Below, one piece after another: positions 39,441 to 52,954 of a stretch of 64,000 nt of DNA (positions are counted from its first letter, which is position 1; every line of letters begins with the position of its first letter). The translations under genes and the position numbers were made by a program. The stretch covers positions 22,320,001-22,384,000 of the forward strand of contig OX597820.1 of assembly GCA_951406725.2 (NCBI GenBank), given 5' to 3'. This stretch comes from Octopus vulgaris. Its lineage: Eukaryota. The notes beneath the pieces were generated by a model, which ran no database searches, was not told the DNA's origin, and worked only from the letters and a program-made list of their open reading frames with translations.

Positions 39441-40219
39441 TTATTATTATTATTATTATTTCCCTTTTTCCTCTTCTAAGATATGTGCTGCAGCACTGTA
39501 GCTCACTCTAAACAGATGTTTTAACATGCAACATTCTCCATTGTGTTAATAATATCTCATAGGAAGGTAGACAAAAAGTTTTACTTTCCAGGCAGTAAGT
39601 TGTAAAAGTAATCTCTTGTGTAATCAACATGAAGACACTTATTGAAATACATATGTTAGCAACAAAATAAGAACCATTATTATTCGTTAGATGTTATTTG
39701 TTATCTCCCTTCCTCTGATAGCTCTTTAATGTAATGGCTTCTAGTTTAACTCGCCTCAGTTTATTGTAAATTTGACAGAAATTCTTAACACAAAACCTTG
39801 TTTTAATAAAGACAGAAAGAATAACATTAAAAAGCATGTCAGTGGCATATTCTATCAAATGGTTATGGGATTTAGTTTCACAAATCAAAGATTCATGCCT
39901 GTCAAGTCACATATTTTCAGGGAGAAGGTGAAAAAAAGATATATCCGGTTACTTAAGTTTGAGAACAAATAAACATTTAAGCCATAATTGTTAATCCAAC
40001 CAAAAATATTTTTTCGTTTTGCTTAGGTGATTATGGATTAAATGTTCACATCTTTTCTTTTGTGTAGGCACAGTTGTGGCTGTGTGGTTAGAAGTTTGCA
40101 TTTCAGCCGCATCATTTTGGGTTCAGTCCCTCTGTGTGACACCTGTGGCACGTGTCTTCTTCTATAACCCCAGGCCAACTACAGTCTTGTGGATTTGCTT
40201 GACAGAAACTGAAAGCCAA

Positions 40220-40577
40220 TTGTGTATGTGTATGTATATATTTGTATATATGTATATATATATGTGTGTGTGTATATATATATATGTGTGTGTGTGTATA
40301 TATGTATATGTAATATATGTATATATGTATATATGCATGTGTGTGTGTGTGTATACGTATATATGTGTGTGTACATGCATATATATGTATGTGTGTATAT
40401 GCATTTCTATGTATGTGTGTGTATACGCATGTGTGAGTGTATATGTGTATGTGTGTGTATATGCGTATATATATGTATGTGTGTGTGTATATGCGTGTAT
40501 GTGTGTGTATGCATATATATGTGTCTGTGTATATATGCGTATATATGTATGTGTGTGTATGTATGTATATATGTGTA
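40220..40577. repeat. Long degenerate (TA/TG)n tract
   Basis: Seen directly. Confidence 0.95.
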
Positions 40578-40802
40578 TCCTAACTACTGAGCGGTTGACA
40601 TTGTTGGCTCAGAAGTATTGCAGAAACATATCGGAAGAGTGTTCTTATAAGGCATCAGTGTTCAGAATAAAGTATTGTACGTAAAGTTTGGGACAGAATT
40701 TAGAGAAAGAAACACATTATGTGACGAATGAAAGTGGAAAAGTAGCAACAGTAGCTGGACCTGTAAATCAGGAAGATATTTGAAACAGGAAAAAAAAAGC
40801 AT

Positions 40803-40817
40803 AGTGTGGTAGTGGTG

Positions 40818-40862
<45 letters not shown>

Positions 40863-41197
40863 ATATTGATAATGATGGCAGCAGCAGTGATAGTGGTGGT
40901 AGTTGTAGTAGTAGTGTCTGGTGGTGGTGGCAGCTTTAGTGGTAGTAGTAGTAGTAGTAGTGGTAGTAGCATTAGTGATGGTGGTAGTGGAGGCAGCGGT
41001 GATAATAGTGGTGGTAGTTGTGGTAGTAGTGTGTGATGGTGGCGGTGGCGGCGGTAGTAGTAGTGATGGGTGTGGCAGCGATGATAGTGGTAGTAGTGTT
41101 AGTAGTAGTAGTAGTAGTAACAGTAGTAGTAGTGGTGGTAGTAGTACTAGTGATATTGGTGGTGGCAATAATAGTGGTGGTGGTAGTAGTAGTAGTA
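40803..41197. repeat. Compound (GTA)n/(GGT)n tract
   Basis: Seen directly. Confidence 0.95.
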
Positions 41198-41280
41198 TAG
41201 GAGCCAGAAAAGAACACACCATGTTAATAGATCAGGAACTAACCACATGACCATGTTGACTGTTTTGATTGTTACCCCCA

Positions 41281-41313
<33 letters not shown>

Positions 41314-41461
41314 TAACCCCATCCACACACACACACACACACACAATGATAGCCTGTGTTGGCAGTTTGTGTGCATAAGCAGCTTAAAGATGGAAAACAA
41401 AAACATTGGTTTGTTGCAAGGAAGAGGAAAACTTTAATGTTTTGGACAGAATGATTTGCAT

Positions 41462-42272
41462 ACTCTTTTACTTGTTTCAGTCATTTGACTGTGGCCATGC
41501 TGGAGCACTGCCTTTAGTCGAGCAAATCAACCCCGGGACTTATTCTTTGTAAGCCTAGTATACTTATATTCTATCGGGCTTTTTTTGCCAAACTGCTAAG
41601 TTACAGGGACGTAAACGCACCAGCATCGGTTGTCAAGCGATGTTGATGGGACAAACACAGACGCACAAACACACACACACACATATATATATATACGACA
41701 GGCTTCTTTCAGTTTCTGTCTACCAAATCCATTCACAAGGCTTTGGTCAGCCTGAAGCTATAGTAGAAGACACTTGCCCAAGGTGCCACACAGTGGGACT
41801 GAACTCGGAAACATGTGGTTCATAAGCAAGCTACTTACCACACAGCCACTCCTACACCTAGTGTATATTTATTATCTTTTACTTGTGCCAGTCATAAGAG
41901 AGTGGTCATGCTGGAGCACTGCCTTGGAGAGTTTAGTCGCACAAATACACCCCGGTACTTACTTTTTAAGTCTGGTAGTTATTCTATCAGGCATTTTGGC
42001 CAAACTGCTAATTTACAAAAACATAACCAAACCAATACCAGTATCAAGCAATGGATGGATAGGGGAGTGGCAAACACAGACACACATGCCTACACATATA
42101 AATACACAGATACACGATGGGCTTCCACACAGTTTCCATCTACCAACTTCATTCGCCAGATATTGGTTGGATTGGGCTATTATTGTAAAAATTTGCTCAA
42201 GGTGCCACACGCTAAGATTGAACCTGAAGCCATGTGGTTGCAAAGTGAGCTTCTTAACCACACAGCCATGCC
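41462..42272 (-). mobile_element. Two SINE A copies (young and old)
   Basis: About 41462-41858 and 41875-42272. Confidence 0.85.
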
Positions 42273-42370
42273 TTGCTAGGAAAGTTAAACCTTTTTTTCT
42301 TTACCATAGCAAACCCATTTATATGTTCCTTGAGTTATTCTGAATACATCAATTTGCCTTGGTCTAGATA

Positions 42371-42870
42371 CAATGACCCAGTAGTTAGGGCAGCGGACTT
42401 GCGGTCGTAGGATCGCGGTTTCGATTCCCAGACCGGGCATTGTGTTTATTGAGCAAAAACACCTAAAGCTCCACGAAGTTCCAGCAGGGGGTGGTGGCGA
42501 ACCCTGCTGTACTCTTTCACTACAACTTTCTCTCACTCTTTCTTCCTGTTTCTGTTGTACCTGTATTTCAAAGGGCCAGCCTTGTCACACTCTGTGTCAC
42601 ACTGAATCTCCCCAAGAACTACGTTAAGGGTACACATGTCTGTGGAGTGCTCAGTCACTTGCACATTAATAAATAAGCTGCAACGTCACTGGTGCCAAGC
42701 TGTATCAGCTTTTGCCTTTCCCTTGGATAACATCGGTGGCGTGGAGAGGGGAGGCTGGTATGCATGGGTGACTGCTGGTCTTCCATAAACAACCTTGCCT
42801 GGACTTTTCCTTGTAGGGTAACTTTCTAGGTGCAATCCCATGGTCATTCATGACCAAAGGGGGTCACAAC
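42371..42870 (+). mobile_element. SINE C with long ~330-bp tail
   Basis: Matches 61684-62115. The distal tail is shared with D-headed elements at 59084 and 22125. Confidence 0.85.
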
Positions 42871-43782
42871 AAGATGCCATAGACTTTCTTCCCCTGCTCA
42901 ATCCAGCATGGTTAGACCAAGGAGCCAGTAAAAGGCCTGACAGTATGGTAATCCTCCCCCACCTTCATTTTGTGATGGTAAACCACACACACACACCACC
43001 CATCTAGGATACCACATGCTGTGACGCCTCCAGGCTTTGAAGGGCAAACTGTCAAAGTGTCAGCTGTTCTCTGACAGTTTTATGGTCAAGCTTGTGGCAG
43101 TTTGTGACCTCTGGTGTTCTGAGTCACCTTTTGCTGTATTGTTATATCAAAAATAGAAGGCAACATCGGATAATGTAGTCCTAAATATATGTGTAAGCAG
43201 CTGACACAATGTTTGACAAAGCAGACCCTTTGAGTTCCACATACAGCCTATATTGCAGGCTTCTACATAGTTTCCATCTAACATCTGACCAATTTCACTC
43301 ATGGAACTTGGTTTGACCTGAGGCTATATATAATAAGACACTTGTTAAAAGTTTCTTGCTATGGAATTGAACCCAGCATCTCATGATAGCTAAGCAAACT
43401 TCTTAGTCACTAAGCCATGCGTGGACACACACACACATGCTCGACCAAATCTGCATAGACAGTATGTGTGTGTATGCATGTGTGTGTGTGCGCATGCGTG
43501 CCTGCACCTGCGTACGTGCGCCCCCACACGTGTGTGCACAAATGCAAAAGTAACTAAATTAGGCTTCTTACAGATATTAACCACACCCATTCATTCTACA
43601 ATGAAGAGATAACAATGCCTACTCAACATGAATAGCCTATTTGCATTCATGTACACACACTCACACACATGCAAACATGCTCTCACACATGCAAACACGC
43701 TCTCACACAAACACACACACATACACACCATTCAAAATAGTGACTCAAAATGAAAGATTTTATAAAGTCTTCATATCAATTA

Positions 43783-44160
43783 CTAGTAGTATTAGCCCAG
43801 CATTGCTCAGGCTTGTTTTCTTTTCGACCTTTTAGAATTGGAATTTTTGAAAAGTAGAAATTTTGCATTATGTAGCTTGTTATTCTCTTTAAGTGAACAT
43901 TTTTCTGGTTGAAATACACCGAAAAATGGCAACACAGCAGTAAAAAAATCGTAAAAAATAGGGATTTTCATAGAAAAAAATCACCTTTTTGATGTAAATA
44001 ATTTTTAGTCTTAACATGGTCCGATTTGAATTTTATCTTCTACAGAAGGAAGAGCAAGCCTTCTTCTATCATACTCTCAATTTCGGTCAACTTGCGCCGC
44101 AGGGTCTCAGAGGAGATAGTGTTAGTTGAAGGCTAACAACTTCAGCTTTATGTATATAGA
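43783..44160 (-). mobile_element. Non-autonomous Helitron H
   Basis: Homologous to 24319-24714. Confidence 0.8.
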
Positions 44161-44343
44161 AATTACTGGATTCGTTTTCCAGAAGAGTATTTTGCAAGAA
44201 AAAGTTTAAATTTCAATTGTAAATGTAATTCTTTTTTACTATATTAACTTTATTCTTTTGAATTATTATATCCTTTCTCCATATTGTTTCTCTCTCTCTA
44301 TCTCTCTTTAGTCCATTTTCCTTCCTCTTGCACTTCTGTCACT

Positions 44344-44411
<68 letters not shown>

Positions 44412-44567
44412 TTCACTTTCTTTAATTTTACTTATGACTCAGCCTTTGTTTATTCACTGATTTAATCAATTAAAAAAATTTTCTTCTCTCCTTTTAACTT
44501 ATTTTTAGATCTCGTTATATTCTCTCCTTCCATCCTGTTGCTGAAATCTCTCTATCTCCTTATATAT

Positions 44568-45000
44568 AGGCGTGGTTGTGTGCTAAGAAGCTTGCTTCTC
44601 ATTCACATAGATCCGGGTTCAGTCCCACTGTGTGACACCTTGGGCAAGTGTCTTCTACTATGGCTCCAGGCTGACCAAAGCCTTATGAGTGGATTTGATA
44701 GCCGGAAACTGAAAGAAGCCTGTTGCCAGTGCCACCTTGACTGGCTTCTGTGCCGGTGGCACGTAAAAAGCACCAACCAATCGTGGCTACTGCCAGCCTC
44801 CCCTGGCACCTGTGCCGGTGGCACGTAAAAGCACCCACTACACTCTCAGCGTGGTTGGCATTAGGAACGGCATCCAGCTGTAGAAACACTGCCAGATCAG
44901 ACTGGAGCCTGGTGCAGCCTCCTGACTTCCTAGACCCTGGTCAAACCGTCCAACCCGTGCTGGCACGGAAAACAGACGTTAAACGATGATGATGATGATA
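44568..45000 (+). mobile_element. Chimeric SINE: A head/CORE + minisatellite + E tail
   Basis: …gaaactgaaagaagcc is joined directly to tgttgccagtgcc… and then to the E tail. Confidence 0.7.
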
Positions 45001-45008
45001 TATATATT

Positions 45009-45444
45009 CGAGGGAGAATCAAAAATTATACACACACTTGTTTTTTTCAGTGTATTTACACAAAAGCAGTGGGTAAACAAGTATGTCATTTTTCTATATA
45101 TAGTTTCCTTGCTTTTTGATGCATTCAGTCCAGCAGTCCACAAGCTTGCATATTCCCTCCAAGAAGAAGGTTTTCGGTTGGTCGTGCAACAATTTATGAA
45201 CCGCTTCCTTCACATCTTCATCTGTAGGAAATCGACAACCTTGTAAACCATCTTTGAGTGGTCCAAAGATAAGATATTCGGAAGGGGTCAGATCTGGACT
45301 GTAGGCAGGGTGTTCCAGCACCTCAAAACCCAATTGTTTAATGGTTTCAACGGTCTGGGCAGTTGTGTGTGGGCATGCATTGTCATGCAACAACAAAACC
45401 TTCAACAATAGGCTTTGGTGTTTGGTGCAAATTGCTGACTTCAA
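45009..45444 (-). mobile_element. mariner transposon remnant: transposase C-terminal half plus one terminus
   Basis: LLLHDNACPH…HPAYSPDLTPSEY…W..CI…G.YI are mariner motifs. TIR-like cgagggagaatcaaaaattat at 45009. Confidence 0.9.
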
Positions 45445-45838
45445 TTTTTTAGCAGAGGAGGAGGAAGCTTAGCCTCACTGTGGTCAATCCCTATGCTAGA
45501 AAGAATAACCAAATCTCCTTCAAATCACACCATGTCATCTTATCTTAAATTAGGGCCTCACTTGGTAACATGTTCTTATTATATAGTCTTCTTACCAAAA
45601 TAGATGATGAGGTCACAGCTGGAATGCCTTTGATCATTGGTCTGCTCAATGAGGGCTGACATGAGACCAAACAACAACAACAACAACGTTTTTCATTCAT
45701 CCATTTCATTAGAAGCATTCTTGTATAATATCCAGTTGTCTTTTATGATTCACTTCAGCTATCACTGAAGTTCATTCATCTCCAATTTCAGCAGGTCACC
45801 TGCACCCACTTCTACATATCACTGCCATATGTTACTTT

Positions 45839-45872
<34 letters not shown>

Positions 45873-46010
45873 TATGTACTTTCCTTTGCTATTCATAGAG
45901 AATGAGAATCTCTTTGTTGTCAACAGAAGCATTAGTCTGTCACACACCCCTTCCACTAACTTCACACTGTAAATTAGATACTAATAATAATTTCAGATTT
46001 GGCACAACGC

Positions 46011-46322
46011 TATCAGTTTTAGTAGAATGGTATTAGTCGATTTAGTATCAGTTTTAGTAGAATGGTATTAGTCGATTTAGTATCAGTTTTAGTAGAATGG
46101 TATTAGTCGATTTAGTATCAGTTTTAGTAGAATGGTATTAGTCGATTTAGTATCAGTTTTAGTAGAATGGCATTAGTCGATTTAGTATCAGTTTTAGTAG
46201 AATGTTATTAGTCGATTTAGCATCAGTTTTAATAGAATGGTATTAGTCGATTTAGTATCAGTTTTAGTAGAATGGTATTAGTCGATTTAGTATCAGTTTT
46301 AGTAGAATGGTATTAGTCGATT
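46011..46322. repeat. 35-bp minisatellite, about 9 copies
   Basis: Unit tatcagttttagtagaatggtattagtcgatttag, with no spacers. Confidence 0.95.
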
Positions 46323-47183
46323 ATATCAGCCCAGTGTTTAACTGGAACTTATTTTTATTGACCCCCAAAAGGACGAAAGGCAAAGTCAACATCAGTGAAA
46401 TTTGAACTCAGAATGCGAAGAACCAGAAGAGATGCTGCTAAACATTTTGTCCAACATGCTAACAATTCTGCCAGCTCCCCACCGTTATATACCAATAATC
46501 CTTTTTACTAATGGCACAAAGCCTGAAATGTTAGGGGAGGCTACTTGTTGATTACATTAATCCCAGAGCTTGCCTCGCTCTTAATTTATCTGCTTTGAAA
46601 GGATGAAAGGCAAAGTTGACCTTGGTGGAATTTGAACTCAGAATGTAAAGACAGATGAAATGCCACTTGCCAGTTTTGCACCTTAATTGTTTCAAATTTC
46701 AACACAAAGAAAAGAATTTTTTCTAACGGGAGGGTGGATGTAATCAACCCCTGTACTTGACTGGTACTTTATTTTATCAACTATGAAAAGAAGAAGGCAA
46801 AGTCGACCCCAGTGCGTAACTGGTACTTAATTTATCGACCTCAAAAGGATGAAAGGCAAAGTTGATCTCGGCAAAATTTGAACTCAGAATGTCATAGCAG
46901 ACGAAATACCTCTAAGCATTTCGCCCGGCATGCTAACATTTCTTATTTCTTTATTGCCCACAAGGGGCTAAACATAGAGGGGACAAACAAGGACAGACAA
47001 AGGGATTAAGTCGATTACATCGGCTCCAGTGCATAATTGGTACTTAATTTATCGACCCTGAAAGGATGAAAGGCAAAGTTGACCTCGGCGGAATTTGAAC
47101 TCAGACCGTAACGGCAGATGAAATACCGCTAAGCATTTCGCCCGGCATGCCAACTCATTAGCAATTCTGCCAGCTTGCCACCT
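46323..47183 (-). mobile_element. SINE B cluster
   Basis: About 4-5 stacked copies. Confidence 0.85.
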
Positions 47184-48560
47184 TATTCTAGTTTATTAAT
47201 AAACTCCACTCATATTTCGCAGTTGAGTGATTAACAGTATGATGGGTATCAAGCCATAAAATCAATAACCGCAACAAGTAAACCATCTCACATATGATAG
47301 AATAGAAAAAAAAACGAATGTAAAACAATAAAATAGAAATAAGCAATTTTTTCCAGCAACAGATTTAGTCTTTTGTTTACAGTAAATTATTTTACAGAAA
47401 TGCCAGACCATCATCTACATCAATCAATGTTTTATTGATTTAGTTTGCTTATGCACAATCTGATATTGTTTTGAATGTGCAGCTTTTCACTTGTCTGTCG
47501 TTTGCCTACTGAATAAAGTCCTTTATTTGGAACTTACTGTGTATTATTAACCATTGCCTGTCTAGGTTGCTCACTGGCAAAAAGAAAAAAAAAAGCATTG
47601 TCCTTGGGGAGTTTGTGTATGAGAGCTTTTCATCCTCTCTGCTGCAGCACTGCTGTACATCACTGAAAATCTTTTTGGTGGTGGTGGTCATAATATTAAT
47701 TTAGTTGCGATCAGTTTTTACGAATATTTGGAGGTTGTGCAGTATATTTGAGATGCGATAACCTTGCGTGCAATTAAACCAGTAACTGGTGACAGGATAT
47801 GGTGCTAATTTGCTAATTAAACTTAATTAATGTATCACTGTGTCGGCAAAATTGTTGTATTTTGTAAATAATGAGTCAGTTGAGTAAAATGTTTGGAAAG
47901 GTCTACTTAACACGATTGCTCCATGTGCTGGAAATAGCAGCCAAATCCCCTTCAGGTCACTTCTTACTATCTTTAAAATAAGCAAAAATAAAAAGGACAT
48001 TGGATAATGTAGTCCTAGATAAACTGTGTCTGGATAAAAGACAATATGAACAGAGTTGGAATATCTTTGACCATAGATCTACTTGATCAGAGAATACTCG
48101 GGGCCAAAAACAACAACAACAACAACAATAACCTAAGTTGCTAGTAACCAGGTGTATAATATGTTTACTGTAAGTATTCATTTCCTTTTTTTTTAAATAT
48201 AATCATCTCTCACCTCAAGAAATTTCAAGAGTTTAACATTTTCTTCATGTTCTTCTGCGATAAACATAAACCTTCTTATATGTCAAAATAGGTGCCTCGA
48301 GTGTTTGCCAGCATAGCTGCCCATGCAGCTATATAAATATTTCTGTTATTTGTTATGAGGCTGACATAGTTGGTACTCCTACATGTTTCATAGACCAAAC
48401 CATATTCGCTTCATGTAGGCTGCATTTTCCAGGTTGTTTCTTTCATATCATTATATACTTTTGCCATAATAATATTACATTTATCTGATTTATATGAATA
48501 TCTATTATCTATCTATCTATTTGTCTCTCTCTATCTATTTGACTATGTGTATATATATAT

Positions 48561-48865
48561 ATGGAGGCGCAATGGCCCAGTGGTTGGGGTAGTGGACTCA
48601 CGGTCGTAGGATCGCGGTTTTGATTCCCAGACCGGGCATTGTTAGTGTTTATTGAGCGAAAACACCTAAAGCTCCACGATGCTCCGGCAGGGGATGGTGG
48701 TGATCCCTGCTGTACTCTTTTGCCACAACTTTTTCTCACTCTTTCTTCTGTTGGCCTGCTCACTTAGCCAGTGGGGTGGCATCATTTGAAGGCTAAAACA
48801 ATGCAAAGCGCATTGTGACCAGCGATGTGTAGCAACATCTGATAGCCTGGTCGATCATGGTGATA
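48561..48865 (+). mobile_element. SINE C
   Basis: Matches 14358-14680. Confidence 0.85.
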
Positions 48866-48910
48866 TACACACACACACACACACACATATAGATAGATGG
48901 ACGGACGGAC

Positions 48911-48997
48911 ATCCAGTCACTGAAATGAAACAACATCAAACCTAATTGGTTAGTATTTAAATGGGTGACCGCTTGAGAAATTTAGGTGCAGGTGTAG
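48911..48997 (+). pseudogene. Degenerate 5S rRNA fragment (internal control region and 3' end)
   Basis: …cactgaaatgaaacaacatcaaacc…ggttagtatttaaatgggtgaccgcttgagaaatttaggtgc…tgtag aligns with 5S …CCGAAGTTAAGCAACGTCG…GGTTAGTACTTGGATGGGTGACCGCCTGGGAATACCGGGTGCTGTAG. Confidence 0.7.
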
Positions 48998-50106
48998 TTA
49001 AACTGAGCAGAAGACCAAATGGTTGGGAACCTTGCTTGGTTTAGTATCAGTTTGTGGAACTTTGAGCAAGTGTCTTTCAATATAGCCCCTGGCCAATGAA
49101 AGCCTTGTGAGTGAATGTGGTAGATGGAAAATGAAAGAAGCCCATTGTATACAGGTGTTATCAAGTACCCCTGTGTTGATATCATGTGATAGCTGTAAAC
49201 AAGTATCCCTATTGTACAAGCTGGTAACAGGAAAGGCATCCAGGTATAGAAAATCTGCCTCAACGAACACCATCTGATCCATACAAGTATGGGAAAGTAG
49301 ATGTTGAAATGATGATGATGATGATGATAGTCAGGAAAGAAAGCCTATGGACTTTTACAAGGTCTCCAAAACTAGGGGGAGGGAATAGAGTATCTTCAAA
49401 CTGGAGAACTGACCTGAATGTTTTCCCCAGATTGGGCTCTTCTAAAGGCACTTTTAAACTGGCAGTCATCACACAAACTCCTAAACAGATCCTTTAAATT
49501 TTTCCAGCTTCATTATCTTTTATATTTTTCTTACTTCATTCATTAGACTGCATCCGTGTTGGGGCACCACCTTGGCGAGATTAATCAAACAAATTGACCC
49601 CAGTCCTTTTTTTTTTTTAAATCTCATTTTTTTTGGGGGGGGGCCTTTTTGTTGAACCACTAAGTTGTGTTGATGTAAACAAACCAACACCAATTGTCAA
49701 TCAGTAGTGGAGGACAAACACACACACATACATACATACATACATACGCACATACATATATATACACATATATACATACATATATACAAAAAGCTTTCTT
49801 CAGGTTCTACCTTCCAAAATCACTCATTAGGCTTTGGTTAGCCTAGGGCTATTGTAGAAGACACTTATCCAAGGTGCCACACAGTTGGACTGAACCCAGA
49901 ACCAGACAGTTGGGAAGCAAACATCTTATCACACAGCCATGCCTGCACCTCTTAATGAAAATTATTTCAAATAATATTTTTTCAGAACCTGTTGGGACAA
50001 GCAGGCAAGAAAAATTACATTGACAACTATCATATGTATAAATATACTTAAATCACAATGGTAACACCTATATAAAGGAGTTAATATACTGCTTTATATA
50101 TGACCG

Positions 50107-50355
50107 TGGAGGCACATGGCTTAGTGGTTAGGGTGTCAGCATCATGATCGTAAGATTGTGGTTTCGATTCCTGGACCGGGTAACACGTTGTGTTCTTGAG
50201 CAAAACACTTCATTTCACATTGCTCCAGCCCGCTCAGCTGGCAAAAATGAGTAACACTGCAATGGACTGGCATCCCGTCCAGCTGGGGAACACATACGCC
50301 ATAGAAACCAGGAAACCAGGCCCATGAGCCTGGCTAGACTTTAAAAGGGCGCATT
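50107..50355 (+). mobile_element. SINE D
   Basis: 13-bp TSD tttatatatgacc. Confidence 0.85.
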
Positions 50356-51031
50356 TTATTTTATATATGACCAGGCATAAGTATGGCTGTATGGTTAAGA
50401 AGCTTCCCAACCCCTTAATTCAGTTTCCATCTACCAAATCCCCTCGCAAGGCTTTGGTCAGCCTGGGACTGTAGTAGAAGACAATTGCCCACAGTGCCAT
50501 GCAGTGGGATTGAACCCGAAACCATGTGGAACCCGTTGGAATAAGGATACACATTTAGAGCCATAATTATAGAGACACAAAAATAAACATCCTTCATAGT
50601 CTCTTTAGTGTGCATTATTGCGTTAGGTACTTAAGTACATAAAAGATGTTATCAACAGAATGAGTGTTCATGGTTTGGATAAGAGGCATTAATTTACAGT
50701 TAATTACAGGAAGGATTAATTTTGATTGGCTTTAGAAAAAAAAATGTGAAACAATGAAAAAGCTGATCGTCTGATTGTAGGTCAAAGGTGCGTGCATCTA
50801 GATACAAAGAAAAATAAAAATTAAGGGGAATATAGGATATAAAATATAAAATGAATGCATTATTCCTTTGTCTGTATGGATTCTATTTATGTGGTGTACA
50901 AATTCTTAACATTTAATTACCCTAATTTCTAATGAGCAATTCTTATTTAGGAATAATGAAATGGAATATGTTGATAATGTTTATACAAAATGAAAGGATA
51001 CAATTCTATATTTCTGAGATGAGAAATTTAT

Positions 51032-51284
51032 TTTATGTATTCTGTTTATATTAGTCAAACTGGTGCCTTCATTTTAGTTGTTGTTTTTACTCTATTTCGG
51101 TTGTTGTATGCTCCAGTCTTCTTCAGGTGTCTTGTGTTGAACTCAGTTGTAAGTTAAAAATTCTGATACAATGACCAAGTTCAACATGAGACACCTGAAG
51201 AAGAGTGTACAACAGCCAAAATGTATTGAGAGCAGCAATCAAGATGAGAACACCTGTATGACTAATATAAACAGTATACATAAA
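51032..51284. mobile_element. Penelope-like inverted-repeat remnant
   Basis: ~110-bp imperfect inverted arms, each with CTGAAGA…CC(G/A)AAA. Confidence 0.6.
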
Positions 51285-52752
51285 TGAAAGAATGGTTTCT
51301 ATATTGCAGGTAGGTCAATTCAGGTATTGGCACATGCACTGTTGCAGTGCATTGTTGCTTTTCCATCAATCGTCAGTATTTGCTTGGGATGTCTTGGGTG
51401 ACCCTCCAAGTAGTGTCCCAGTCTGTCCCCAACTCCACAAATTATTTTATTCATCCACTACGACCATGTGGTATGTAACCACCTAACACGAGTCATCATC
51501 CCAGCTAGATCCTTAGAGAAGAAAACATGACACGCAGGATCCAACTTGGAAAACCAAACAACATGATGAAACAGTCTGAGCTTACACCCCCAAATCATAC
51601 AAATGTGTTGTGTGGACGCCCCCAGACGATGAAGTAGGCCAGCCCAATACGTAGATATAGAGGGAGAAGCCTAGACATTAGGAAGAGAGCACAGTTGAGT
51701 AGCAGAGTAGGAGTTGAGTAGTAGAAGGCACCTGAATGTGCAACATAACAAAATGACAGAATGCATCTTAGTTTCTTAGTATAGTCATTGTTTGGATACA
51801 AATCTCAGTTATCACACTCACAGTGCCTTGGTTAGCCCAAAGTTATAGTAAAAGATACTTGCCCAAGATGCCTCGCATTGGGACTGAACCCAGAACCTTG
51901 TGGTTGGAAAACAAACTTCTTACCACACAGCCACGTCCGTACCTATAGATAGATAGATAGCTATAGAATTTGGTTTAACCCTCTGCCTCCTCTGTTCTGG
52001 TCAAACTGTCCAACTCAAGCCTGCATAGAAGAGAGGACATTAAATGATGATGATGATGATGATGCAGCTAGTTTCCACAGAGTTTTGCAACTACTTACAA
52101 GGCGCTGGTCAGCATGGGCCTATAATAGAAGAAAGACACTGGACCAACCAAGGTGCTACATGGGAATGAACCTGAGACTTCACGATTGCAAAACAAACTT
52201 CTTAACCAGACAGCCATGCCTGTGGCTAATCTGCGACTTAATAAAAGACAGATATTTAACAATTGAAGTCTAATGTTATCTTACATATAATATCGAAATG
52301 TCAGCTTAAGCTTTGAAACAAAATTTCGAACACTTAAAATAAGCCAGTTTGATGTGGGCTGTTGGAAGGGTTAACAGTTAAGATTTTTGCATAAATGCTA
52401 TTGGATACCATAAACACCAATTTGAGATAGCGTAAAAGAGCAGCTGATTCTCTGACGTCAATGGGCTTGTTGCTGGTGTTTTTTTTCTTTTTCCTGTCTC
52501 AAACCCGTGCTTGTTATGACTTAATGTCATCTTCTATTATGCCCGCGATCTAGATTTTCTTTCTTTTGTTTGCTATTCATTATTTAACCAAGAGAAGGAG
52601 GGACAGTACAGGTGACCTTTGCCGACCGTCCTAGATTGGTGAGGCCGATACAGTGGATGTTCTGTCGATGCGTGAAAGGAAGCAACAGACGGGGGAGTGA
52701 CTCTCCAGAAGCTTGCAGATTTGGAAGAAAGGATTGGGTTTGTGTTTAGTGT

Positions 52753-52826
52753 ATGGTTAGGATGGAGTCGGATGCTGTACAGGAGGGTTTCGAGAGGAAT
52801 GTGCAAGTGGACTTGGGGGGAAAAAG
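52753..52826 (+). CDS. Putative coding part of an (alternative) first exon, MVRMESDAVQEGFERNVQVDLGGK-
   Basis: Unique, purine- and CpG-richer block, an in-frame upstream stop, aggATGG context, and a strong donor AAG|GTATGT. Confidence 0.3.
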
Positions 52827-52954
52827 GTATGTACAACGTAAACAAAAATGAGCTGAGAGAAATACCTTAAAGTGGATTGAGACATGTATTTGAACAACTT
52901 AGATAAATACAGGTATATCAAATACCACACAACATAAATTTTTGATTTATTCTT

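Noticed and set aside
39563-39594. 32-nt exon candidate with donor GTAAGT
   Set aside because: Too short, with a poor pyrimidine tract. It cannot be distinguished from chance.
40076-41250. 202-aa and 186-aa low-complexity ORFs
   Set aside because: Simple-repeat tracts.
46011-46322. 35-bp repeats resembling a CRISPR array
   Set aside because: The repeats are head-to-tail with no spacers, there are no cas genes, the context is eukaryotic, and the unit derives from a SINE.
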